DNA of 64,000 nt from Octopus bimaculoides (taxonomy: Eukaryota), in assembly GCF_001194135.2 (NCBI RefSeq), contig NC_068997.1, positions 38,889,903 through 38,953,902 of the forward strand, in the 5' to 3' direction. Both the position numbers and the translations under genes were made by a program. Within the stretch, counting starts at the first letter, position 1. The number at the start of each line of letters is the position of its first letter. Below, piece after piece: positions 38,439 to 50,088 of this stretch. The notes under the pieces were generated by a model. The model saw only the letters and a program-made list of their open reading frames with translations, made no database searches and was not told where the DNA came from.

Positions 38439-38995
38439 TACTCATGCACAGACTAGGGCCCCAAATTAACAACAGGCTGGAGGCTGGTAATCAATATATT
38501 ATTTAGCTACATCTGGATGCGTGTAGGTTCATTTTTGATAACATGCTCATGTATTGTTTATAACAAAAAAAAAAAACCCCAAAAAAGAGGGAAAAAAGGA
38601 GAAAGGAAAAAAAAGGAATGTGCACGTATAACATAACTTAAAAGCAGCGCAAAGGATGTGCCGGCACACACGAGATTGAGACATGGCCAACCTCACGCAC
38701 TTATGAAGAATTCCGGAAGGAGCTTCGTGAGACCACTGCTGAGATGCTTCCGAAAAAAAAAAAAAAAGAAAAGCCGTTGGAAAACCGATTATAGCAGCGA
38801 CTCTATCAATTCCTAGGGATATCTGAAGAAGGAATTTTATTCCGAAATATCATATCAGACTATGGATGATTAATTAAATTACAACAGTAATTACAGTCCA
38901 TTACTTGTATTATAGTGCATTGTTGTGTCATTCAAAATATTTTATTCTTTACAAACAATACACACTGCTTCAAGCGAACTACAATACTCTTCTAT
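38439..38995 (+). mobile_element. Penelope-like element 3' end (solo pLTR-like copy of 57466-57943)
   Basis: Collinear homology by eye with 57466-57943, from cagactaggg..caaattaacaa to gcgaactacaatac. Contains a hammerhead. Confidence 0.8.
38818..38856 (+). ncRNA. Minimal type I hammerhead ribozyme, intact (predicted cleavage after C38851)
   Basis: gatat-CTGAAGA-a-ggaat-ttt-attcc-GAAA-T-ATC-atatc. Stems I and II are perfect 5-bp helices, stem III is the palindrome ATAT, and the triplet is AUC. Confidence 0.85.
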
Positions 38996-39007
38996 ACTAT
39001 GCAGATT

Positions 39008-39552
39008 GCATTGGGAAGGCTTTCTTGAGAGGACCAACGTCAATCTTTTGATGAGCCAAAGAGCACCATATCACCTGAAAATATCAGTCAACCGACTCAA
39101 AACCCTGCGACTGTGACGCCACCTCCACAACGGCTGCGGATGTCAATTCAGTTCATAAAAATTATCTATTGTCAAATGAAGTGCTAATGCTGTACGACAG
39201 TGCACGCCTATATATGGCCGCCCACACCATTACAATCATTGAAAAATTGGGTTTCGAGTTGCTGGAAGATCCTGTATACAGTCCAGATAACGTTTCTTTC
39301 AAATACCTCTTTGGATTACTCTTTGGACATTGGTTTGCTACGGACGTAGAAGTGCAGGAAGTAGTGCATAAATGGTTGTTCGAGCAGCTGTAAACCTCTT
39401 TTCCAATGGAATAAGCAAACTTGTGAACTGCTGGAAGAAGTGCATCGAAAAGCAAAGAGACTATGTTGAAAAATAATGTAAATGTTCAACCCCTGTTATT
39501 GTTTTAATAAATCACAGAAACAAAAATGCATCTAAATTTTGACTTTCTCTTG
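39008..39552 (+). mobile_element. Mariner transposon 3' fragment
   Basis: VLMLYDSARLY..EKLGFELLEDPVYSPD..YLFG..HWFATDVEVQEVVHKWL..GISKLVNCWKKCIEKQRDYVEK*. Confidence 0.8.
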
Positions 39553-39589
39553 TGACAAGTAAGAAAGACACTGTCTCTCTAAAGGAGAG

Positions 39590-40310
39590 ATATAGGACAT
39601 CGACTGGAAAAGTGGCGTGGACATCAATGGTGAGCAATTAACATCCGATTCAAAGATGACATTGTACTCATTGCTGAAACCACAGACCAACTGACCACTC
39701 AAAATTTATCAGTAGGTCTTAGAATGAACCACATGAAAACAAAATATATGCGGTCGGAAGATATAGCACAAGGCCGAAAAGTGCTTGGAAGCGATGAACG
39801 AGGAGATAAAGGAGTATGTCTACTTAGGGCACACAGTGAATATACGCCGAGATATGGTTGCTGAAATTTCAAAGACAATAAGGGCAGGATGGAAGGCATT
39901 AACTCAATAAAGGATGTGCTTCAAACAAGGCTTGAAAGTGCCATACGTACCAGACTCATCAATATCACCGTCCTATCCGCGTTCTTATGAGCACGTAGAT
40001 GTAGGCTGTTACGAAGAAGATAGAACATCAATTAACTACGACATAAAAGGCCATCAAAAGATCCATGCTATCATTACGAGAGTTCATTCGAAATAAAATA
40101 ATTTGAGAACGGACTGGAGTGAATGGAGTGATCGACAAGTACCGAAATCTCAAGTTCATCTGGGCCGGACATATCGCAAGACTCACAGACAGCGGGCGGA
40201 CCCGTGCAGTAGTAACCAAGAGATCGGAAAAGGCCACTTGAAAGGCCTCCACGACGATGAGAAGACGATTTGGTCAAGATAGAAAAGAATTGTACGATCG
40301 AGACTAAATT
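39590..40310 (+). mobile_element. RTE-clade LINE, RT C-terminal fragment
   Basis: Frameshifted reading GVDINGEQL..RF.DDIVLIAET..VGLRMNHMKTKYM..EYVYLGH..IRAGWKAFNSIKDVL..IRERTGV..KF.WAGHIAR..D. Confidence 0.8.
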
Positions 40311-41139
40311 TGAAGTGCATTGTGACTAGCAGTGTGTAACAGCATCTGATGGCTTGGTCGATACTGCGATACTGTGATAATATATCACAGACACGTGTAC
40401 TCCTAACTTAATTCCCAGACAGAATTAGAAAGATACAGTGTGTGACAAGGCTGTGCCATTTGAATTACAAATACAATCTACCTGACGGGTGTCGATGCAG
40501 TTTTCTTCTGCCAAATTTTACACACAAGATATGAGTCCACTCGAGACGATAGAAAATCTTATTTATCTATGATACCACGTACTAGGTTCAAATCTGGGAC
40601 CTAGTAGTTGCGAAATCAAATTATTAACTATTCAACAATACTATACACACACACAAATACTCAGACAGACTCACACACACACACACACACNNNNNNNNNN
40701 NNNNNNNNNNNNNNNNNNNNNNNNNNNNNNNNNNNNNNNNNNNNNNNNNNNNNNNNNNNNNNNNNNNNNNNNNNNNNNNNNNNNNNNNNNNNNNNNNNNN
40801 NNNNNNNNNNNNNNNNNNNNNNNNNNNNNNNNNNNNNNNNNNNNNNNNNNNNNNNNNNNNNNNNNNNNNNNNNNNNNNNNNNNNNNNNNNNNNNNNNNNN
40901 NNNNNNNNNNNNNNNNNNNNNNNNNNNNNNNNNNNNNNNNNNNNNNNNNNNNNNNNNNNNNNNNNNNNNNNNNNNNNNNNNNNNNNNNNNNNNNNNNNNN
41001 NNNNNNNNNNNNNNNNNNNNNNNNNNNNNNNTATATATATATGTATATATATATATGTGTGTATATATATTTATATAAATGTATGCATGTATCTATGTAT
41101 GTATACAAGGTGCATTCTAGAGAGATATTTATTAATTTC

Positions 41140-41265
41140 AAAGACGTATAAAAATCTAATTTCCTTCAAAGCTCTTGTTGTAGCACTATAGTCACTTTAT
41201 GAAGGCCCCATGAAAGTTCTCCATAGTGAAGGTGCTCAGAACCCTTGTCACAAGGCTAACAACTT
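41140..41265 (-). mobile_element. Short mariner transposase 3' fragment
   Basis: Minus strand gtgacaagggttctgagcaccttcactatggagaactttcatggggccttc reads V..VL.T.T.E.FHGAF, which resembles the mariner C-terminal helix. Confidence 0.4.
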
Positions 41266-41269
41266 CGTG

Positions 41270-41452
41270 GAAGGAGATAAGTTGATTACATCAACACCAG
41301 TGTTCAACTGATACTTATTTTATCGGCCCCGAAAAGGGAGAGAAAGGCAAAGTCAGCCTCGGCTGAATTTGAACACCGAATGTAAGGACAGACGAACAGT
41401 CGCTACGCATATTGCCTGGTGCGCTAACGATTTTGCCAGTTCACCGCCTTAG
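41270..41452 (-). mobile_element. SINE family B
   Basis: Reverse complement of the family B head and body (..gctaacgattttgccagttcaccgcctta on the plus strand). Confidence 0.75.
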
Positions 41453-43909
41453 AAGAACGAAATATTAACCAGAGTAATTTAAAATAACAGAAATAAGACG
41501 GAAAAAGTGACATATATTACAGAACTATGATGTTTTACGCCAGAGTATACGAATAAAGAGGTATAAGCACACTTATACACTAAAAGATTTACATATTTAT
41601 ACACAAGTATGCATACGCTCAGTTATATTACATAAATCCAATGAGCACTTCTACATATAGTCACAAAAAGTCATAGTCATATAAAAATCGCACACTTAAA
41701 ACTGTGGATTTTGTCGTGAAGGTCTGCATATTTCGACAAACACTTCAACAAACTTTATTTAATGCATAAACAAAATGGAAAGTATTTTTTTTCTTTTTAT
41801 CATTAAATAAGATATTCAACATTTTGATACAAGCTTAAGTAAAATCCTTCTATAGACTAAAAGGAAAAGAAACAAGTTAGGGTCGATGGAAAGGAAAAAA
41901 AGTGATCTGAATGACAACAGAAGAAGAGAGAGAAAGAGAGAGAGAGAAAGGGAGAGAGAGAGAGGGAGAGAGAGAGAGAGAGAGAGAGTGTGTGTGTGTG
42001 TGTGTATGTGTGTGTGTGAGGGTGAGGTAGAATTAATTGAAGGGAGCAGAAAGTAGAGAGATGATGGTAAGAAGGGAATATGAAGCTAAGAGGTAGGAGT
42101 TAAAGAAATCGAAATAAAGAAGATGAAAAAGTAAGAACGGCCAACAGATTTATTTCAGAGAAGGTAAAAAAAAGTGGATGCAAATTGAGACATGGAGAGA
42201 AAGAGAAGCTGAGAGTCGGATATAGAGAATGAAACAGAGAAATGGGATATAAAATGGAAGAAAGAAAAGAGTGATAAGAGAAAAAGAGTGAGCTGAGATA
42301 GAAGATATAAGAGATAAAAAAAATATTCATTATAGAAGTGGCTGACAGCTATAAGGATCTATTTGAGGCAATGTATATTTTTCGTTGAAAGTATATTTTC
42401 CGTTAATTCAATTTAATTTTTTTTCATTATCAGTACGGTAATATTTTTTTCTGCTATAATTTAATTTAATATTTTCTTGTTTTTATAAAGTTTTCTTTAT
42501 GAAGCATTTGTAGGAAATATCTGACAGAAAGATAAACAACAATAACAACAACAGCGGCAACAACATCAAGAGACTATTCGTATAAACTGGATATCTTTCG
42601 TTGGTTTATACTTTGTTCAAAATCTGATAATTTCCTCTGAGTATAGTGTATGTTACTATAGCAACTCTCCGCCCCAACAATCATATAGACAGAATTGGTA
42701 GAGTGGTGGACAACCTCCCCTGTAGTATTTATTTACATTTCTTTCAGTTCCATAGACGGTATAATTAATATCAGTCAATCATTGGTGTCGATTGAATGGA
42801 TGACACAACTCCTCACGCCACCAAATATGTGACCTTGCGTTAGTGATTCACTGCGTTAAACAAAAAGAAGAAAAACAGAAGAAAACCAAATTATGAAAAG
42901 ACTACTGATGGACTGCATCAATAAAACCACAAAATGGCAACAGGTTAGTGTGCCGCAAGTATTCTAGTATTTCAGGTGGAGCTCTCCAGGAAATATTTAC
43001 AGGTTGTAGAATACTTTCCAGTTTTCTTCCGAAGACCCATGTCCATAACATTAGAATTCTCTTCTCGTGTCATACAAACTAATTCCTTTTCGCGAACTTT
43101 ATTAAAGTTTTAAGACATCATATAATTCTTTATGTCATGTTGACAATCCACGACAGAACTTTCTAGCACATGGTTTTAGAGAAAAGTACAAACCTACTTT
43201 TACTTAAGCTGAGCCAACAAAAACAAAACGAAAAAAGGAAAGATGATGGGTAATTTGTTCTGTATTTTTGCCAAGTTTTCTTCAATTTTATTTTCCATAC
43301 TTTCAACACGGTTGTTTTCTGTTCTTTATCTCTTTCCCTTCCTCTTCTCTATGTATTGACATGTAAGTGATATGAATATATATGTGATACGTGATAAACA
43401 TATGCATTACTTCTCTCTTCCACTCTCCATATTTCTGTATACGTACTTACATGCACACATACATACACACAGATGCGATTAATGTGTGGGAACGGATTCC
43501 TTTTTCATACAATGTACCCATTTTCTGCCACTCTGCTTGATATTTCATATACTTCTACAGGTTCTTCGTTTACTCACCTAACATTTAATTCGCGTTTATT
43601 TATTTCCATATTCTTTCCGCTTCTATTTCACTATGTTTTCAAATTTTTGTTTGTTTCTAATGTTTGGAATCAAGTTTATTCTAGAAATGAAACCTTGTCT
43701 TGTAATTCTATAGCCTTGAAGTGCATCAATAAATCACTAAACTTCAAAATAAATTCTTCTTTTCACAGTCTTTCTTTTAAGTCTTATCTCACCCATTTCC
43801 CCCCAAGAAGGTATCGGTTGTTTTTCTTATCAACATTATACGGAATTAAAATAGTTTACGCCAGCCAAATTCCGTAGCTTACCCTGAGAAAGCTGTTATC
43901 TCCGGCTTG

Positions 43910-43962
<53 letters not shown>

Positions 43963-44834
43963 AACATAAATACATCTCTCTATATATACAAATATACATC
44001 TCTCTCTCTACATATAAATACATCTTTCTCTTTCTATATATATATACACATNNNNNNNNNNNNNNNNNNNNNNNNNNNNNNNNNNNNNNNNNNNNNNNNN
44101 NNNNNNNNNNNNNNNNNNNNNNNNNNNNNNNNNNNNNNNNNNNNNNNNNNNNNNNNNNNNNNNNNNNNNNNNNNNNNNNNNNNNNNNNNNNNNNNNNNNN
44201 NNNNNNNNNNNNNNNNNNNNNNNNNNNNNNNNNNNNNNNNNNNNNNNNNNNNNNNNNNNNNNNNNNNNNNNNNNNNNNNNNNNNNNNNNNNNNNNNNNNN
44301 NNNNNNNNNNNNNNNNNNNNNNNNNACACACACACACACACACACACACACACAACAGTTCTATCTAGGTGATGCTCTTAGTAAAAGCATAGCATAACTT
44401 TCGGCTTCCTATATATGTAACAGTCATTTCTAGGCAATGTTCTTAATCTCTTGATGATATTTTTACTGTAAATTCGATTTTTTCAATCCTCTCGGGAAGA
44501 TTGCCGGATTTAACTTATTTTTACTTTTGATCTAAAATAGGAAAGGATAGCATAATTTTCAATTTCTGTACGCCAACATAAAGTGAAGTAAATTTGATGA
44601 AATAAAAAAAAATATATATATTTTGAATTATTACCGAATATTTGAAAGACTTGAGTGAAAAGAATTATAAGACATTAAAAGTATTGTTCCTTAGTGAACT
44701 AAATGTTGTTCAATTCTTTACAGTCTAGCCACGGAAATTATTGGATCGTTTAGTCAATGTGTAACACAGATGTAAACCCCAAGATCGATTCTTCAAAATA
44801 TTCGTAATTTTCTGCAAGACGAAAATAGACGAAG

Positions 44835-45201
44835 GTTTTACCTTTTACTTGTTTCAGCCATTGGACGGCGGCCATGTTGGGGCACCGCTTTGAAGAATTT
44901 TTTACTCGAACATATCGACCCCGATACTTATTGTTTACTTTTTGTAAAGCCTGGTACTTATTTTTTGCCGAACTGCTAAGTTACAAGGGTGTAAACACAC
45001 TAACACCAGCTGTCAAGTAGTGGTGGGGCGAACACAGACACAAACACATATACGACGGGCTTCTTTCAGTTTCCGTCTACCAGATCCACTCACAAGACTT
45101 TGGTCAGCCCGAAGCTATAATAGAATACATTTGTCCAAGGTTCCACGCAGTGGGACTGAACTTGGAACCATGTGGTTAGGAAGCAAACTTCTTACCACAC
45201 A
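44835..45201 (-). mobile_element. SINE family A, near full length
   Basis: Reverse complement of the 23456-23902 type. Confidence 0.85.
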
Positions 45202-45639
45202 CACACACACATATTCTAGAATGTTACCCGTCATGTGATGAGTAACTTTGGAAGTCTACTTTGGTCACCTACTTGTGTTACCATGAGTAATTTGATAAAA
45301 GTTAAATTACAATTATTGTATGCATACCATTTTCTTGATGCCAATAATTGTGGTATATTTCCAGTTGTAGCAATTGCAGTGATATATTCATTTGGAAGAA
45401 TTTCTCATAAATGTTTAACTTAGCGAATACACTAGTGACTCAGGCAAAAGAAACAAAACAAAACAAAAACAAACAAAATACGCCGAAATTAACAAAATGA
45501 AAACAAACAAAAACTTACTCTGCAAACGAACAGCTTAGTTCAAAAGTATCTCAGGAAAATATTCATTAGAACAAGCATTAACTACAGCAAAGCCATTTTC
45601 AGATACAGTTAATTACTCCCTCGTCTCATGCTTCTCAAC

Positions 45640-45815
45640 GTCGCCGTCGTCGTCGTCATTCTCCTCCTTCTTTCTACCTCCTCCCCTCCCCTTCTTCCTC
45701 CTTTCCCTCCCCTTCGCCTATTCTTCTCCTCTTCCACTTCCCCTCCTTCCTCCCCTCCTTTCCCCCTCCTTCCTCTTCCCCCTCCTTCCTCTTCCCCCTC
45801 CTTCCCCTTCTCCTC
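45640..45815. repeat. Polypyrimidine (CCT/CTT-rich) low-complexity tract at a gap edge
   Basis: Direct reading of the sequence. Confidence 0.9.
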
Positions 45816-46765
45816 NNNNNNNNNNNNNNNNNNNNNNNNNNNNNNNNNNNNNNNNNNNNNNNNNNNNNNNNNNNNNNNNNNNNNNNNNNNNNNNNNNNNN
45901 NNNNNNNNNNNNNNNNNNNNNNNNNNNNNNNNNNNNNNNNNNNNNNNNNNNNNNNNNNNNNNNNNNNNNNNNNNNNNNNNNNNNNNNNNNNNNNNNNNNN
46001 NNNNNNNNNNNNNNNNNNNNNNNNNNNNNNNNNNNNNNNNNNNNNNNNNNNNNNNNNNNNNNNNNNNNNNNNNNNNNNNNNNNNNNNNNNNNNNNNNNNN
46101 NNNNNNNNNNNNNNNNNNNNNNNNNNNNNNNNNNNNNNNNNNNNNNNNNNNNNNNNNNNNNNNNNNNNNNNNNNNNNNNNNNNNNNNNNNNNNNNNNNNN
46201 NNNNNNNNNNNNNNNNNNNNNNNNNNNNNNNNNNNNNNNNNNNNNNNNNNNNNNNNNNNNNNNNNNNNNNNNNNNNNNNNNNNNNNNNNNNNNNNNNNNN
46301 NNNNNNNNNNNNNNNNNNNNNNNNNNNNNNNNNNNNNNNNNNNNNNNNNNNNNNNNNNNNNNNNNNNNNNNNNNNNNNNNNNNNNNNNNNNNNNNNNNNN
46401 NNNNNNNNNNNNNNNNNNNNNNNNNNNNNNNNNNNNNNNNNNNNNNNNNNNNNNNNNNNNNNNNNNNNNNNNNNNNNNNNNNNNNNNNNNNNNNNNNNNN
46501 NNNNNNNNNNNNNNNNNNNNNNNNNNNNNNNNNNNNNNNNNNNNNNNNNNNNNNNNNNNNNNNNNNNNNNNNNNNNNNNNNNNNNNNNNNNNNNNNNNNN
46601 NNNNNNNNNNNNNNNNNNNNGTGTCTGTGTGTGTCTGAGTGTGTGAATGCAACATTCTTTTACTCATTGTTTGCCACCAAGCCTAGAATGTGCTGTTATC
46701 CGGTACTTCTTATGTTAACTTACTCTGTATCTATATTTCACTCTATCGCCCCCTCTCAAGACGAT

Positions 46766-46925
46766 CAACCAGCCAGCCAACCAACCAGCCAACCAACCAA
46801 CCAACCAACCAACCAACCAACCAACCAACCAACCAGCCAACCAACCAACCAACCAGCCAACCAGCCAACCAACCAACCAACCAACCATCCAACCAACCAT
46901 TCAACCAACCAAACAAACAAACAAA
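46766..46925. repeat. (CCAA)n/(CCAG)n microsatellite
   Basis: Direct reading of the sequence. Confidence 0.95.
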
Positions 46926-47169
46926 CAACATTTACTTCTGTTATCATTGAAAAGAGATTCGTATATACATGTCCAGACATTTATGAGTGTTTCTAATGCC
47001 CCATATTTAAAATAAAACTTGCAATGTTGTTATAAGTGGAAGACTGCTTCAATATTTGTTACTTAGTTTTAGCTGAATTAGTACAAGGAAGTAGGCTAAT
47101 CCTTGCTCCTAGATCTAAATAAGTGAAAATTCTAGTAGCAAAAAACCTTGAAACTTTCGCTGTAAGCTC

Positions 47170-48312
47170 CATACAATTTCCACCAGTTTCATATAGAAAT
47201 GTTATGGATATTCAATATACACGTCATTTAGGAAGACAGATCACCGTCAATTCACAGATAAATAGATTTCAATAGTTGAAAATTGCTTGATGGATCCTAT
47301 ATTTTCCAGTGTAGCGTGTGATGTGTGAGGCGATGCTGTCCAGGCACGAAAAGCAGTGAATGTGATTGTAGTGCCTATCGAATGTTGTAAGTATTGAAAC
47401 CCCTATTATATTTGTTCCTTTTCTACAAAAATCAAACGAATGTGTCGTTTTCTGACGCGCTTTCAATAAAGGATGCACTATCTCTACTGCAGACTACTTC
47501 GTATACCACGTGGGCTCTGGAGCACATGGTAAAGTTGTTGGTGGGGAAATTAGACAATGTTCCCCTCACAAAACTGCTTGTGGTATGATTTCTATACAGA
47601 AATTTCTTCAGGGATGAACTTGTGTGCAGCATCTGTATGTTAAGTCCCTCCCTGCCGATAGCATGATGTATAGCATCTGTTTATTCTGTCGTCGAAATAC
47701 AGTAATTTTAGGAAGCACATGTCAAACTTGATGATTCAGGCCTTTGACTTCAGCGATCTTTAAATGCTGTCATTTGGCGAAAGATGGAGGAAAGCTGTTG
47801 TTTATTAAGATCTTGTGGAACCACTTGGTGTTGATAGCTTTGACAGCTACGTCACTGCACCTGTCACTTATGCAGACGATTCCATTTTGCACGTATGCGG
47901 CTTTGGTTATGGTGGGTAGGGCTGACTCATTGTGCACAAACAAGTTTCTACTGGCAACTTTCTTGTAAAATCTGAGCTGGAAATCGAGCAGAAAGAAGGT
48001 TTCGGACTCGTCCGGGTGTTCAATTTCAAATTTTATGTGTTTGTCGGCGATGTTGAATCCCTGGTAAAAACCAAAAGCGTCTTTCCAGGAGGAAGTGTAC
48101 CGCATGATTCACCGACGTATCTGGAGAGAAAGAAGCATGAATGATAGATGCTAAGTATTGTGCGCTTCGATTGCTTCGTGTATGTGATGGCCAGCAGACC
48201 TGAGAGTCTTGGTCCCATCGGTTGACCTGAGACCTGCTTGTTATACTACACCGTTTTATTGAAAATAGGTGTTACAGACTTATGTTCCCGAACGTCTGAG
48301 GGTGTCAAGCTT
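47170..48312 (-). mobile_element. Penelope-like element body (RT C-half + GIY-YIG), decayed
   Basis: QPMGPRLSGLLAITY..LSRYV, IKFEIEHPDESETFFLLDFQL..KKVASRNLFVHNESALP and MCSRAHVVYEVVC are homologous to the 56130-57520 protein. Confidence 0.85.
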
Positions 48313-48464
48313 ACTTTATATAAAATTTCCTCGCTCCTTTCTACATTCCTCAAACCCTTACTATCCATATTCCCGGCACACATCAACAACTCCAACGAGA
48401 TCTTTAAAAGACTCAAGGATATCGATCCCACTCGACTTAGAAATAACCGATATCCTTTTAGCTT
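48313..48464 (+). mobile_element. Inverted 5' RT segment of the same Penelope-like element
   Basis: LYKISSLLSTFLKPLLSIFPAHINNSNEIFKRLKDIDPTRLRNNRYPFSL aligns to LKPVLSIFPGHVKNSDEVIKRLRQLHPDQFRQNRYTFSL in ORF 56130. Confidence 0.8.
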
Positions 48465-48570
48465 ATACAAAATTTCTCTCAATATTTGCGTGTCTGTTCT
48501 TCTGGCTGTCGACATTCAAACTGACCGCATCATCTCTCTTTTCCTTTCCTTTCCCCCCACTTCCTTCGGT

Positions 48571-48624
<54 letters not shown>

Positions 48625-49305
48625 TCTCTTCTCCTTCCGCTATCACCAACTTCCATTTCTTCGGTAGAGAGAGAGAGGGAGAAAGAGAGAGAGAGAGAAG
48701 GGAGAGAAAGAGAAAGAAAGAGAGATAGAGGAGGGAGAGAGAAAGGGAGGGAGAAAAGCAGAGAGCAATACAAATATACATATATACATGCATGGTCTAT
48801 CTCTCTGTACACAAATACAAACAAACACATACACACACACACGCATATACATAAATATATATACATGCTATATATACGTGCATATATATGTATAAATAAA
48901 TATATATATATTCCTGTTTATGCTGAGAGAGAATGAAATAGAGAGAGAGGTAAAGAGAGAAAGGGAGAGGTGGGTTTCGGGAGCGACAGAGATGTGAGGA
49001 GAGGCTCTGAGATTCTGGAGAGTGTTAGAACTATGGAAAACAAATGGCAGTAGTAATTTTGACAATTATGTAAGACTGTCTTTTTTTAAACAAAGTCATT
49101 TGGAAAATTCGTGCATTCATTTTTATAGAACTCTGTCTGTGTATGTGCGTCCATGTTTGGCGGTAAATATGTATCTGTGCCTGTGTGTTTATATGCATAT
49201 TCATATGTATATGTATGTATGTCTGTATGTATGTATGTATGTATATGTCCAGGCGCATTTGCTAAACTTCTTGAATGCTTTGTCTTTTTGTCAAGTGTTT
49301 AGGAA

Positions 49306-49342
<37 letters not shown>

Positions 49343-49821
49343 ATGCGTGTGCATGTGTGTGTATGTGCATCTTTTTGTATCTATATACACGTTCTTTTCG
49401 TTTGTGCTTGTGTGTATGAGTTCATATGCATGTGTGTGAGTTTGTACTCTAACTTATATTTATATATTATATGTATGCATGTATTTATGTCTTTTATGTA
49501 TGAAAATGTGTGATTCTGCACGGTCTTTTCGTGTTCTTGGTAGTCACAATAGCAACAACGTTTTTTCCAAATGTGTTGACGATAATCCTTCAGTTTGAAA
49601 CTCTTCGGGTTCAGATATGTTGAAAGCTTTTTTAAGAATTGGTCGAAGCATTTTTTACACACGGTATATTGTTTCATATAAAATTAGGAACAGAAGTTGA
49701 ATTTTAGTTTTACTTAGATACACACACATGCATAAACACACACAAACATATACAAATACTTGTGCTCTCATGTACATATACGCACACATATATAGATATC
49801 TGTACAGAGTATACATGTGCA

Positions 49822-49823
<2 letters not shown>

Positions 49824-49883
<60 letters not shown>

Positions 49884-49884
49884 C

Positions 49885-49948
<64 letters not shown>

Positions 49949-50012
49949 TTACAAGTATGTATATATGTGCATGTATATTCATATATACATGCTCACATAA
50001 ACACATACACCC

Positions 50013-50043
<31 letters not shown>

Positions 50044-50088
50044 TGTATGTATGTATGTATGTATGTATGTATGCATGTATGTATGTAT
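49824..50088. repeat. (TATC)n (49824-49947) and (TATG)n (~50015-50088) microsatellites
   Basis: Direct reading of the sequence. Confidence 0.95.
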
